This document shows positions 11,292-21,234 of a stretch of 64,000 bases of DNA, in pieces. A program made the position numbers and the translations under genes. The notes beneath the pieces are model-generated. The model was not told the DNA's origin. It was given only the letters and a program-made list of their open reading frames with translations, and did no database searches. The DNA is taken from contig JBJDZG010000012.1 in NCBI GenBank assembly GCA_051867875.1, positions 98 through 64,097 on the forward strand, written 5' to 3'. The number at the start of each line of letters is the position of its first letter. The stretch's first letter is position 1. Origin of the DNA: Eubacteriales bacterium. GTDB lineage: Bacteria > Bacillota > Clostridia > Oscillospirales > CAG-272.

Positions 11292-13514
11292 GTGAAGACT
11301 TACGAGAATATGGATGAACAGGGTGTATCAATGCTTGAAGGCTCGGTTGAGCGTGTTATTTACGCGAATGAAGAAAACGGATACAGCATTATCGAAATGG
11401 CACTTGAAGACGACGAGCTCGTAACGGCTCTCGGCATAATGCCCTATATCGGTGAGGGCGAAACCCTCAAAGTCTACGGAAAATGGGTGCACAACCCCAA
11501 GTACGGCAGGCAGTTTTCCGTTTCAACCTACGAAAAGGTTATGCCTGCGGACGTCGTGTCGATTGAGAGATATCTCGCGTCGGGTGCGATAAAGGGAATA
11601 GGTCCCAAAACTGCGCACAAGATTGTTGAGGTCTACGGCAAGGACACATTTGACGTTATGGAAAATCACTGCGAGTGGCTTGCCGAGATTTCGGGTATAA
11701 CACTCAAAAAAGCAGTTGAAATAGGCGAAAATTTTCAGAAAAGCGCAGGAATGAGGAGCACGATGATGTTCTTCCGCGAGCATTTCGGTGCGGCTCTGAC
11801 CATGAAAATATTTAAGAAATGGGGCTCGGGCTCGGTTGAGAGGGCAAAGGAAAATCCCTATATTCTCTGCGAGGAGATAGACGGAATAGGCTTTGAGAGG
11901 GCTGACAATATGGCTAAGAAGCTTGGATTTTCCGCCGACGGAATAGAGAGAGTATCAAGTGGTATCATCTATATGATGAAGTACCGAATTACCCAAAACG
12001 GCCACGTTTGTCTTACCGAGGACAAGCTCATCGGTGCTGCGTCGAAACTTCTTGATGTTGACACGTCGACAGTGGAAAAGGCGCTTTCGGAGCTTTACAA
12101 GCAGGAAAAGCTCCGCGCCGTTATCTATGACGGCATTAAATTCGTTTATGAAAAAGAGAGCTACGACGCGGAAAAATACATCGCGCGCAAGCTCGATATG
12201 CTTGACAGGGTCTGCGCGTCGGTAGATGCGTCGGACATGGAAGCGTTTATAAAGAAAGAGGAGAGAAGAAGCGGAATTTCGTATGCTCCCTTGCAGAAGC
12301 GTGCGATAAAATCTGCGCTTGAAAACGGTGTTATGGTGCTCACGGGCGGTCCCGGAACGGGAAAAACCACCGTTGTGCGTGCGCTTATTGAGATTTTTGA
12401 CAGCATGGGCTTTGACGTCGCGCTCTGCGCGCCCACGGGCAGAGCCTCGAACCGAATGAGCGAGGCGACCTCGCGCGAGGCAAAGACCGTTCACCGTCTG
12501 CTTGAAATGGATTTTTCCGACAGCATTTACGGAAAATTCAACCGCGATGAAAACAACCTTCTTGAAGAAGAGGTCATTATTGTTGACGAGGCGTCGATGA
12601 TAGACCAGAATCTTATGTGCGCGCTTCTCAAGGCGATAAAGCCGGGCGCAAGGCTTATTATTATCGGCGACTCCGACCAGTTGCCCTCTGTGGGCGCGGG
12701 AAATGTGCTCCGCGATATTATCGACGGCGGCCGCTTTGCGACTATTCGCTTAAACGAGATATTCCGTCAGGCGAGCGAGAGTCTTATCGTTACCAATGCT
12801 CACGCGATAAACAACGGGCTGATGCCGGATTTATCGGTCAAGGACAAGGATTTCTTCTTCCTTGAGAGAAAGAGCAACGCCGAAATTGCAAAAACCGTAG
12901 CTGACCTGTGCAAAAACAGGCTTCCGAAGGCTTACGGCGTCAAGGCGACGGGCAATATTCAGGTCATCTCCCCCTCGCGGAAGGGCGAGGCGGGCACGGA
13001 AAACCTCAACGTTTTGCTTCAAGCGACCTTGAACCCTAAACAGTTCGGCAAAAAAGAATACAAATACCGTCAGCTCATCTTCCGTCAGGGCGACAGAGTA
13101 ATGCAGACGAAGAACAATTACGACCTTGAATGGACGCGCGACGACGGCAAGACGGGGAACGGCGTTTTCAACGGCGATATCGGCTTTATTTACGATATTG
13201 ATTTTACGGAGCAGTCGATGGAGATAATCTTCGACGACAAGAGCGTCAGATACGATTTCACCTACCTTGAAGAACTCGATTTGGCGTATGCGATAACCGT
13301 TCACAAAAGTCAGGGCAGTGAATATCCGATAGTAATCATTCCCGCATACCGTGCGCCCGAGATGCTTTTGACGCGAAATATGCTCTACACCGCGGTTACG
13401 AGGGCGCAGAGCATAGTTATAATCGTCGGAGAGAGGGAAATAATATCCACGATGGTGCAGAACAACCGTCAATCCCTGCGCTACACGGGGCTTTCAAAGC
13501 TATTTGAGAAATAA
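11292..13514 (+). CDS. recD2: SF1B ATP-dependent RecD-like DNA helicase (RecD2 type)
   Basis: 740 aa with Walker A GGPGTGKTT, DEASM, and C-terminal TVHKSQGSEY / AVTRA motifs. The GTG start sits 8 nt after AAAGGGGG. Confidence 0.85.
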   Translation: MKTYENMDEQGVSMLEGSVERVIYANEENGYSIIEMALEDDELVTALGIMPYIGEGETLKVYGKWVHNPKYGRQFSVSTYEKVMPADVVSIERYLASGAIKGIGPKTAHKIVEVYGKDTFDVMENHCEWLAEISGITLKKAVEIGENFQKSAGMRSTMMFFREHFGAALTMKIFKKWGSGSVERAKENPYILCEEIDGIGFERADNMAKKLGFSADGIERVSSGIIYMMKYRITQNGHVCLTEDKLIGAASKLLDVDTSTVEKALSELYKQEKLRAVIYDGIKFVYEKESYDAEKYIARKLDMLDRVCASVDASDMEAFIKKEERRSGISYAPLQKRAIKSALENGVMVLTGGPGTGKTTVVRALIEIFDSMGFDVALCAPTGRASNRMSEATSREAKTVHRLLEMDFSDSIYGKFNRDENNLLEEEVIIVDEASMIDQNLMCALLKAIKPGARLIIIGDSDQLPSVGAGNVLRDIIDGGRFATIRLNEIFRQASESLIVTNAHAINNGLMPDLSVKDKDFFFLERKSNAEIAKTVADLCKNRLPKAYGVKATGNIQVISPSRKGEAGTENLNVLLQATLNPKQFGKKEYKYRQLIFRQGDRVMQTKNNYDLEWTRDDGKTGNGVFNGDIGFIYDIDFTEQSMEIIFDDKSVRYDFTYLEELDLAYAITVHKSQGSEYPIVIIPAYRAPEMLLTRNMLYTAVTRAQSIVIIVGEREIISTMVQNNRQSLRYTGLSKLFEK

Positions 13515-13520
13515 AGCGTT

Positions 13521-14321
13521 ATGGAAATAAGAAATGTAGTAAAAAAGGGCAAAAATTTGCTTTCAAATCTGCTTTTTCCGCCGAAATGCGCCAACTGCGG
13601 AAGGCTTCTTGACATAGAGCTTACCGAGAAACAAATTTCTCCGCTTTGCCCCGATTGCCGAGCGCATTTTGAGAGTGAAAAGGCTTTTGAGTGCGATAGG
13701 TGCGGTCTTGCAATGCCGTTTTGCCGCTGTATGCCGAAAAATATGGAGAGGGCGCAGTGCACGGCGCTTCTTAAACTGACGGCGTACAGACCGAAGGACA
13801 GTACGATGCAGGTTCGGAATTTTCTCTATTCCGTCAAGCACTCTAACGAGAGCGTGAGCTTTGAATTCTTTGCGGAGCAGATGCGACCTCTTATCATAAC
13901 GGAAATGCGTGCGAGCGGTCTTTCGGTTTCGGATTGCGTTATCACGTATTTGCCCCGCTCGCGCAAAAACAAGGCGGAGGCGGGCTTTGACCAGAGCTTT
14001 ATGCTTGCCCGCGCGCTTGCCGAGAATATGGGAATAGCGTTTGTGCCCTGTTTTAAGAGAAGAATTGCGAGCCCCGAGCAAAAGAAGCTCAACAGAGTTG
14101 AAAGAAGGCTCAATATGAACTCCGCCTATGCTCCTCTTGACGTTTCGGAGCTTATTGCGGACAAGACGGTTATTCTCGTTGACGACATCGTAACGACGGG
14201 CACGGGAATGGCGTCGTGCGCTCGCCTTGCGTACGCCATGGGAGCTTACGCCGTGCTCGGCGTGTGCATTGGAAGAACGGTAAATACTAAAAGAAAAAAT
14301 AAAAATAAATCAATAAAGTAA
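13521..14321 (+). CDS. comF: ComF family protein (phosphoribosyltransferase-like, ComFC type)
   Basis: N-terminal Cys pairs (CANC, CPDC, CDRC) and a C-terminal PRTase motif ILVDDIVTTGTG. It is adjacent to recD2. Confidence 0.8.
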   Translation: MEIRNVVKKGKNLLSNLLFPPKCANCGRLLDIELTEKQISPLCPDCRAHFESEKAFECDRCGLAMPFCRCMPKNMERAQCTALLKLTAYRPKDSTMQVRNFLYSVKHSNESVSFEFFAEQMRPLIITEMRASGLSVSDCVITYLPRSRKNKAEAGFDQSFMLARALAENMGIAFVPCFKRRIASPEQKKLNRVERRLNMNSAYAPLDVSELIADKTVILVDDIVTTGTGMASCARLAYAMGAYAVLGVCIGRTVNTKRKNKNKSIK

Positions 14322-14379
14322 TTGATTATTTATCGCAGTTGTGATACAATGACTATATACTTACAAAGGGGGGAACGGA

Positions 14380-15411
14380 ATGGCAAAAAACAACTTTTTT
14401 ACAACCGATATAGGCATTGACCTCGGAACGTCAACCGTTCTCGTCTACGTTAAAGAAAAGGGAGTCGTGCTTTGCGAGCCGAGCGTCGTTGCCATTGACA
14501 AGACAACGGACAAAATAGTTCGCATAGGCAGGGAAGCGGAGCAGATGCTCGGCAGAGCTCCCGAGAATATTTCGATAGTAAGACCTCTTAAAGACGGAGT
14601 TATCAGCCAGTACAACGTAACTCTTAAAATGCTTCAGTACTTCATTCACCGCGCCTGCGGTACGACGCTCGTCCGTCCGCGTGTTATGATTTGCGTGCCC
14701 TCGGGCATAAACGAAGCAGAGGAGATGACCGTTATCAACGCCACAAACCAAGCGGGTGCGCGTCAGACTCTTCTCATTGACGAGCCCATTGCGGCGGCGC
14801 TCGGTGCGGGCATTGATATAAATGCACCAAAGGGATATCTCGTCGTCGATATCGGCGGCGGAACTACCGATATTGCGGTGATATCATACGGGGGAGCAGT
14901 CGTTTCGCAGTCGATAAAGATTGCGGGAAACGATTTTGACGAAGCGTTAAGAGCTTATATGAAGGACCGCTACAAGGTGCTCATCGGCGAGAGAACCGCC
15001 GAGATGATAAAAATAAAGGTCGGCGCGGTACACGGCAACAATTCCGACAAGCCGACTCAAATGAGCGTCAAGGGCAGGTGCCTTGTCAAGGGATTGCCGA
15101 AGGTAGTTACCTTCAACGCAAACGAAACCCTCGGTGCACTCTCCGTTCAGCTCGATATGATAATCGACGCCATTTCGCTCGTCATTCAGAAAACTCCCGT
15201 GGAGCTTCTCGGCGACATTTACAAAAACGGCATCGTGCTCACGGGCGGCGGCTCAAAGCTGACGGGACTTGATAGGCTTATCGAGGATACTATCGGCATT
15301 CGCACCTATCTTGCGAAGGACCCCGTTGCCTGCGTGGTAAATGGCACGGGAAAAGCACTTGAGGAGCTTGAGAGCGGTGCTCTCGGATTTCTCGGAAGCT
15401 TCGGAAATTAA
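14380..15411 (+). CDS. mreB: rod shape-determining actin homolog MreB/Mbl
   Basis: 343 aa with DIGIDLGTSTVLVY, DEPIAAALGAG and VVDIGGGTTD motifs. Confidence 0.9.
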   Translation: MAKNNFFTTDIGIDLGTSTVLVYVKEKGVVLCEPSVVAIDKTTDKIVRIGREAEQMLGRAPENISIVRPLKDGVISQYNVTLKMLQYFIHRACGTTLVRPRVMICVPSGINEAEEMTVINATNQAGARQTLLIDEPIAAALGAGIDINAPKGYLVVDIGGGTTDIAVISYGGAVVSQSIKIAGNDFDEALRAYMKDRYKVLIGERTAEMIKIKVGAVHGNNSDKPTQMSVKGRCLVKGLPKVVTFNANETLGALSVQLDMIIDAISLVIQKTPVELLGDIYKNGIVLTGGGSKLTGLDRLIEDTIGIRTYLAKDPVACVVNGTGKALEELESGALGFLGSFGN

Positions 15412-15474
15412 GAGGCGGGCTGCTTGACTTATAAAGGCTCGCCTCATAACTATATAGATTTGAGGTATAACGGT

Positions 15475-16911
15475 ATGCAAAATATAACTAAGGGCTTTGA
15501 GCCTTCCCGCGTGCTCGGATATTTTGAAGAAATTTGCAAAATCCCCCACGGCTCGGGAAATGAGGAGCAAATTGCAAAATACATTGAGAATTTTGCCAAG
15601 GAAAGGGGACTTTTCTGCGTAAGAGATGAGAGCAACAACGTTTTCATAAGAAAGGAAGCCACGGAAAAATACAAAGACGGGGGCGCGTATCTTCTCCAAG
15701 GACATACGGATATGGTCTGTGCAAAAATAAGCTCATCACAGCACGATTTTGAGCGCGACGGGCTCGACCTCTATATTGAGGACGGTTTTTTGCGCGCGCG
15801 CGGAACTACGCTGGGCGGCGACGACGGAATTGCGGTTGCGATGATGCTCGCTCTGCTTGACGGCGAGCCCCAAGAGCACCCGACGCTCGAATGTCTTTTC
15901 ACGGTTGAGGAAGAAACGGGGCTCGGCGGAGCGAAGTCGTTTGACTACTCGCTCGTAACGGCAAAAAGAATGATAAATCTCGACTCAGAGAGCGAGGCAG
16001 AGGTATGCGCGGGCTGTGCGGGCGGTGTCAGAAGCAAGATTAGCTTCACTCCCGCGACGGAGCTTTCAAGCGGGGACGTGATAACGCTTTCCGTTGACGG
16101 ACTTTTCGGCGGTCATTCGGGTGTTGAGATAAACTGCGGAAGAACCAATGCAATAGTTCTTACAAGCGAGGTTTTGCGTGAGATTGCAAAGAAACAGAGC
16201 GTGGCGCTCGTCTCCCTTGTCGGTGGCGAGAAGGACAACGCCATACCGAGAATGTGCAAGGCTTGCTTTGCGGTTGAGGACGCAGATTCTGCCATAAAGG
16301 TTGTCGAGGAGCTTGACGCAGGTATCCGCGAAAGACTTTGCGAGGCGGACAGAAACCTCACGATTTCGCTGTCTGTTAAGCGCGACGTTCAGAGTATAAA
16401 GACTCTTTGCAACAGCGAAAAAATACTCGATTTCCTTGGAAATATCAAGGTCGGCGTTCTATCCATGAGCGCGCATCTTGAGGGACTCGTTGAGTTTTCG
16501 CGCAACCTCGGAGTTATTGAAATTGATGAGGACAAAGGCTATATTACCTATTCCTCGCGTTCTTCGAAAGAGGAGCAAATAGAGCTTTCCATTACGGAAG
16601 TTGATGCAGAGGTGCAAAAGCTCGGCGCGACGGTACAGCATACGGGCAGATATCCCGGTTGGGATTTTCTTCCCGACAGTGCATTGCGCGATAAATACTG
16701 CGAAAAATACGAGAGTCTCATGGGCTCACCTGTCAACACCGTCGTCATTCACGCAGGACTTGAATGCGGTATTATCAAATCAAATATTCCCGATATGGAT
16801 ATTATCTCGATAGGTCCGAATATGAGAAATATCCACACGCCCGACGAAGCGCTTGAGATTGCTTCGTGCGAAAGACTTTTTAAGGTGCTGTGCGCGGTAA
16901 TAGTAGACTGA
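15475..16911 (+). CDS. pepD: aminoacyl-histidine dipeptidase (M20 family, PepD-like)
   Basis: IPHGSGNEE, GHTDMV and TTLGGDDGIAVA motifs. I preferred the ATG at 15475 (GAGGT RBS) to the TTG at 15424. Confidence 0.85.
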   Translation: MQNITKGFEPSRVLGYFEEICKIPHGSGNEEQIAKYIENFAKERGLFCVRDESNNVFIRKEATEKYKDGGAYLLQGHTDMVCAKISSSQHDFERDGLDLYIEDGFLRARGTTLGGDDGIAVAMMLALLDGEPQEHPTLECLFTVEEETGLGGAKSFDYSLVTAKRMINLDSESEAEVCAGCAGGVRSKISFTPATELSSGDVITLSVDGLFGGHSGVEINCGRTNAIVLTSEVLREIAKKQSVALVSLVGGEKDNAIPRMCKACFAVEDADSAIKVVEELDAGIRERLCEADRNLTISLSVKRDVQSIKTLCNSEKILDFLGNIKVGVLSMSAHLEGLVEFSRNLGVIEIDEDKGYITYSSRSSKEEQIELSITEVDAEVQKLGATVQHTGRYPGWDFLPDSALRDKYCEKYESLMGSPVNTVVIHAGLECGIIKSNIPDMDIISIGPNMRNIHTPDEALEIASCERLFKVLCAVIVD

Positions 16912-16933
16912 CGCCCGATTTTCATAAATTTAT

Positions 16934-16976
16934 CTTTGGAGCAGATTGCTTTTGCAACCTGCTCCAAAGCATTTTG
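16934..16976 (+). terminator. Hairpin after pepD (probable terminator)
   Basis: ctttggagcag / ctgctccaaag stem with a 14-nt loop, then cattttgg. Confidence 0.6.
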
Positions 16977-17118
16977 GCAAATATCCTTGCACCTTTGGAA
17001 ATTTTGGCGAAAAAAGTCAACAAAAAATTGCTGTAAAGATAAAAAAAGGGCTACACAAAAGGGATAATATATGCTATAATATAATATAATTATAAGTTTA
17101 AGCTTTTTCGAGGACTTT

Positions 17119-17994
17119 ATGAAAGATAATAATTTCAGAAACAGCAATAAAAATAAAGGCTTTAAGGGCGAACGCAGGGAAGAGGGCTCCTACAAGGACA
17201 GAACGCCCGCAAAGAAGCAGTATTATAAAGAGCCCGTCGAAACCGACGAGGACGAACTCGGCGGTCTTGTTATAGGAAGAAACGCCGTCCGCGAATTGCT
17301 CAAAAGCGGACGTGCGGTGGACAAGCTCCTTGTCAGCAAGGGCGATCGCGAGGGCTCAATAGTCGTGCTCGTCGCAGAGGCTATCGAGCGCGGAATACCC
17401 GTAGTTGAGGTTGACCGCGCAAAACTTGACGGTATGAGCGGTATCTCCCAGCATCAGGGCGTTATAGCTATGGCGGCGGAGAAGGAATACTGCTCCGTCG
17501 AGGATATTATAGCCATCGCGCGAGAGAGGGGCGAAGCACCGCTTATAGTCATTTCCGACGGTATTACGGACCCTTATAATCTCGGTTCGCTCATCCGTTG
17601 CGCCGAGGGCGTGGGCGCGCACGGACTTATCATTCCCAAACGCCGCGCATCGGGACTTACTCCCCTTGTCAGCAAGGCAAGCGCGGGGGCTATTGAGCAC
17701 CTTGCGGTAGCGAAGGTGTCAAATATTGCACAGACCATTGAGCAACTAAAAGAGCATAACATCTGGGTATATTCCGCAGAGGCGGGCGGCGTCGCTTACT
17801 ACGACACCGATTTTTCAGGCGGCTGTGCCATCGTTTTCGGAAGTGAGGGCGATGGTATCTCAAAGCTCGTTAAGGAGAGAAGCGATTTCATCGTTTCAAT
17901 TCCCATGTACGGACACGTTAATTCCTTTAACGTCTCCACCGCCGCATCGGTTATTCTGGCGGAAGCGTCAAGACAGCACAGACAGAAAAAATAA
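17119..17994 (+). CDS. rlmB: 23S rRNA 2'-O-methyltransferase, SpoU/TrmH family (RlmB-like)
   Basis: 291 aa with a basic N-terminal tail, DGITDPYNLGSLIRCAEG and FGSEGDGIS SpoU motifs. Confidence 0.85.
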   Translation: MKDNNFRNSNKNKGFKGERREEGSYKDRTPAKKQYYKEPVETDEDELGGLVIGRNAVRELLKSGRAVDKLLVSKGDREGSIVVLVAEAIERGIPVVEVDRAKLDGMSGISQHQGVIAMAAEKEYCSVEDIIAIARERGEAPLIVISDGITDPYNLGSLIRCAEGVGAHGLIIPKRRASGLTPLVSKASAGAIEHLAVAKVSNIAQTIEQLKEHNIWVYSAEAGGVAYYDTDFSGGCAIVFGSEGDGISKLVKERSDFIVSIPMYGHVNSFNVSTAASVILAEASRQHRQKK

Positions 17995-18031
17995 TTTTTG
18001 GGGAGAATTTTCAGAAAAGGAGGTAATTTGA

Positions 18032-21000
18032 GTGCAGGATTACAAAAATGACGAAGCGCAGAGCATACTTGAAGGCTTAAAAGAGCAGGCGAAGAAGAGC
18101 GTACCCGAAGAATACGGAAAAACTCAAACTACCGAAAGTTCTGTTTCTTCCGACGAAGATATAAAGAGTATGCTGAAAAAGCATTTTTCCGCGGGCAGGC
18201 AGAACAGCGCTTTTGAAATGAGCGAGGACTATTCCTTTGATACCGTCGATTTCGGTACGGTTGACGACGAGATAATCACGGGTGAGCTGCCCGTCGAGGG
18301 TACAGAGCCCGAGGATACCGAAAAGCAAGTGCCCGAGGAAATTGCCGAAGAAACCGGCGAAGAATTTGCCGAAGAAATAATCGAAAATATTACAGAAGAA
18401 AATACGGAAGAGCCCGCCGAAGAGGAAGCTTCGGACGTCAGTCCCGACGCGGAAAATCCCGCCGGGGAAGAATTTGAGGAAGAGTTTGTTGAGCAGATTT
18501 CGGCAGGCATTTACCCTGATGAAAATTTTGTCAGCGAGTCCGAGGGAAATGACTCTATTGAGCCCATCGTCGCGCAGGCGGTGCTTGAAAACGAAGAGGA
18601 GCTTGACGAAATTGCACAGCAGATAATTTCCGAGCGCGAAGAGCGGTTCGACCCCGAGCGGGAAGAGCCCGAAGAACCCGTTTTTTCAGAGGAAACGGAA
18701 GAGGAAACCGCCGAAGAACCGGATTTTGCAGAGGAAATCGCCGAGCAGCCCGTCGAGGTTGCAGACGCCGACGAGGAGCCCGTTTTTGAAGAAATATCCG
18801 AAGAAAAGGCGGAAGAAAACGCGGGCGAGCAGACCGAGTATGAGCTGACGAGGGTTATGGGGGCGCTCGATTACGAGCCCGAACAGGAGCCTTATGAGCC
18901 GACGAGGGTAATTGACGCAAAATCGCTATCCGAGCCCGAGAAAGAAGAATACGGCACGGGTGCACCTACATATTTCTATTCGCAGAAAGAGGACGGCGCC
19001 GAGTCCGTAAAAGATATGCCCGAAGCATCCGTAGCGCCCGAGGTTTCCGATGAGGACCCCATTTCCGAGGAGTCCATAAACTACGACGAGGTGCTTGAAG
19101 GTCAGCAGGGCACGGTCTTTAACAATTTCGTTGAGGACTTTACGGGCGATCTTGACGACGTCGTTTTTGAAGCTGAAATAACCGAGAGCCACGCTCCCGA
19201 CAAGCAATACACCATTTTTGAGGACTGGGAACAGCTCATGAAGGACAAGGATTACGCCACCGCCGAGGACGGCATAATCCCGCCCACCAAGGAAGAGCTT
19301 GCACGCAGTGCGGAGATAAGAAAGGCAAGCGGCAATACCGACTACTTTAACACGGTAGGCACGGCAGAGCTTGACGCCGTTGACATAGCGCTCATGGTAG
19401 CACTCGGCGGTGAGGACGAGCTAAACCAGACCGTCGGATTTGAAAAAATACGCCAAGCGGTGCACGACGCAGACGAAAAAGAAGAAAAAGCCCTTAAAGG
19501 CAAGGAAATATACGGCTGTTCGGGAGATGAATACACGTCTGTATCCCAGAACGGCAAAATCAGGCAAAAATACAAGAAAGACAGAACGAGGCTCATTATA
19601 CAGACATCTCTTACGGCCATTTTGACGCTCGTTCTCATCTTGTACGAGGTTACGGGTTGGATTGGACTCCGTCTTGACGGTATTTTCAATTCCGACGCAA
19701 ACCCCGAAATATACGTGCTCGCGGCACTTCAGCTCCTCTTTATCTGCGGAGCGGTGTCCTACAACAAATTTATAAAGCTGTTCAGAAATCCGTTTGATTT
19801 TTCATCGACGGCGTTTATAGGCGCGATGATTATTTTGCTCGTCAACATACCGCACGACGTGCTTATTCTCGCCATTGGCTATGCGGACCCGGGGATTACG
19901 TTCCATTCTCTCTCCGCATTCCTTATGCTTATTGCTCTGATTTACGATTTGTTTGAAATTTCGGAGCAGGAGGGCGTGTTCAATATTATCTCGACGGGCG
20001 AAAAAAAGCTCGTTCTCGAGCCTTACGGAAAGCTCCGTGTCAGCGAGGAAAGCGCAGGCGGAGAAATAATCGACAAGGACAGCTACTGCATCTCGCGCGT
20101 ACCGTCGCTGAACAAATTCTTTGCGAGAATATCCAAGACCTCGCCCGCAAATTCGGCAAGGCTTATTTCGCTAATACTTTCGCTATCCGTTTCCATTTGC
20201 GTTATGCTCATGCTTTTGCTTATGGGAGAAACTCTTGCGACGATAGTATTGAGCTTCGTTATCACACTGTCGTTTACCCTCGTGTGCTGTGCCGTATTTG
20301 AGACGGAATTTGCATTCTTTGTCGTACACAAATCGCTTAAAAAGTACAAGACGGGTATCGTCGGCAAGGCGAGTGTGTCCGAGTACAGCAAGTGCAATAT
20401 CGTTTATTTCGACGATTTCAACGTATTTAATAAAAAGAGTGTAAGGACAAAAGGTCTTAAACTCTATGACAACAACGAGATTTACCGCGTGCTTTATCAC
20501 ACGCAGGCAGTATTCTCCAAGGTCGGCGGACCGCTTAAAGGCGTATTTGAATTTGCGACGACTGAAATGAAACATTCAAAGGACGTCGAGATTAAAGAAA
20601 TCAGCAAAGAGGGAATAGGTGCCGTCGTTGACGGAAGAACGTCCGTGCTTATCGGTACGGGTGCCTATATGAAGAGCCACGGCATTCACCCGAGCTACAC
20701 CCCCGCCGATGTCAAGGCGGAGGAGAGCGGAGAGGAGAGCATTATGTTCATCGCTCTTGCGGGCTCTCTCTGCGCCAAGCTCTACGTAACGTATCAATTC
20801 TCGTCCGAATTTGAACGCCTTGCAAAGAAGCTCACCGCTCGCGGAGTCGGCATAGGAATCCGCTCCTGCGACCCGAATATCAACGACCGCTGGGCAAAGA
20901 GATACGGAAACTTAAAGAAAATGGATATAAGCATGGTTCGTCCTACTCTCAAAGAGATAAAGCCGAGCGAAAAATCCATTGACGGCGGCGTCGTATCAAC

Positions 21001-21232
21001 GAAAAATGTCCGTGCGCTGACGGAAGCACTTATGATGTGCATTCGTCTTGACGGATTTGAAAGCCTTATCTCAAAGATGCGCACGGTATTCGTGATTCTC
21101 ACGGGAATACTCGCTTTTGCGCTCGTTCTCCTTTCGGGCATTAACACGGTAAGCATGCTTGCCCTGACGCTTGAGGTGGCATTCTGCGCGTCGCTGATGA
21201 TGCTTCTTACACATTTCTATATTAAACGTTAA
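18032..21232 (+). CDS. large membrane protein: polyacidic N-terminal region plus degenerate P-type-ATPase-like body
   Basis: 1066 aa. Residues about 60-330 are extremely E/P/A-rich. Multiple TM helices follow. The C-terminal half aligns by eye to P1B-ATPase P/N domains but lacks DKTGT, TGDN and GDGxND. The GTG start follows AAGGAGG. Confidence 0.7.
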   Translation: MQDYKNDEAQSILEGLKEQAKKSVPEEYGKTQTTESSVSSDEDIKSMLKKHFSAGRQNSAFEMSEDYSFDTVDFGTVDDEIITGELPVEGTEPEDTEKQVPEEIAEETGEEFAEEIIENITEENTEEPAEEEASDVSPDAENPAGEEFEEEFVEQISAGIYPDENFVSESEGNDSIEPIVAQAVLENEEELDEIAQQIISEREERFDPEREEPEEPVFSEETEEETAEEPDFAEEIAEQPVEVADADEEPVFEEISEEKAEENAGEQTEYELTRVMGALDYEPEQEPYEPTRVIDAKSLSEPEKEEYGTGAPTYFYSQKEDGAESVKDMPEASVAPEVSDEDPISEESINYDEVLEGQQGTVFNNFVEDFTGDLDDVVFEAEITESHAPDKQYTIFEDWEQLMKDKDYATAEDGIIPPTKEELARSAEIRKASGNTDYFNTVGTAELDAVDIALMVALGGEDELNQTVGFEKIRQAVHDADEKEEKALKGKEIYGCSGDEYTSVSQNGKIRQKYKKDRTRLIIQTSLTAILTLVLILYEVTGWIGLRLDGIFNSDANPEIYVLAALQLLFICGAVSYNKFIKLFRNPFDFSSTAFIGAMIILLVNIPHDVLILAIGYADPGITFHSLSAFLMLIALIYDLFEISEQEGVFNIISTGEKKLVLEPYGKLRVSEESAGGEIIDKDSYCISRVPSLNKFFARISKTSPANSARLISLILSLSVSICVMLMLLLMGETLATIVLSFVITLSFTLVCCAVFETEFAFFVVHKSLKKYKTGIVGKASVSEYSKCNIVYFDDFNVFNKKSVRTKGLKLYDNNEIYRVLYHTQAVFSKVGGPLKGVFEFATTEMKHSKDVEIKEISKEGIGAVVDGRTSVLIGTGAYMKSHGIHPSYTPADVKAEESGEESIMFIALAGSLCAKLYVTYQFSSEFERLAKKLTARGVGIGIRSCDPNINDRWAKRYGNLKKMDISMVRPTLKEIKPSEKSIDGGVVSTKNVRALTEALMMCIRLDGFESLISKMRTVFVILTGILAFALVLLSGINTVSMLALTLEVAFCASLMMLLTHFYIKR

Positions 21233-21234
21233 CG

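Noticed and set aside
18290-18850. A GAA/GAG-rich periodic DNA stretch in the acidic region of 18032..21232, considered as a tandem repeat or CRISPR-like array.
   Set aside because: There is no exact repeat unit or regular spacer structure. The periodicity is simply Glu-codon richness within an open reading frame.
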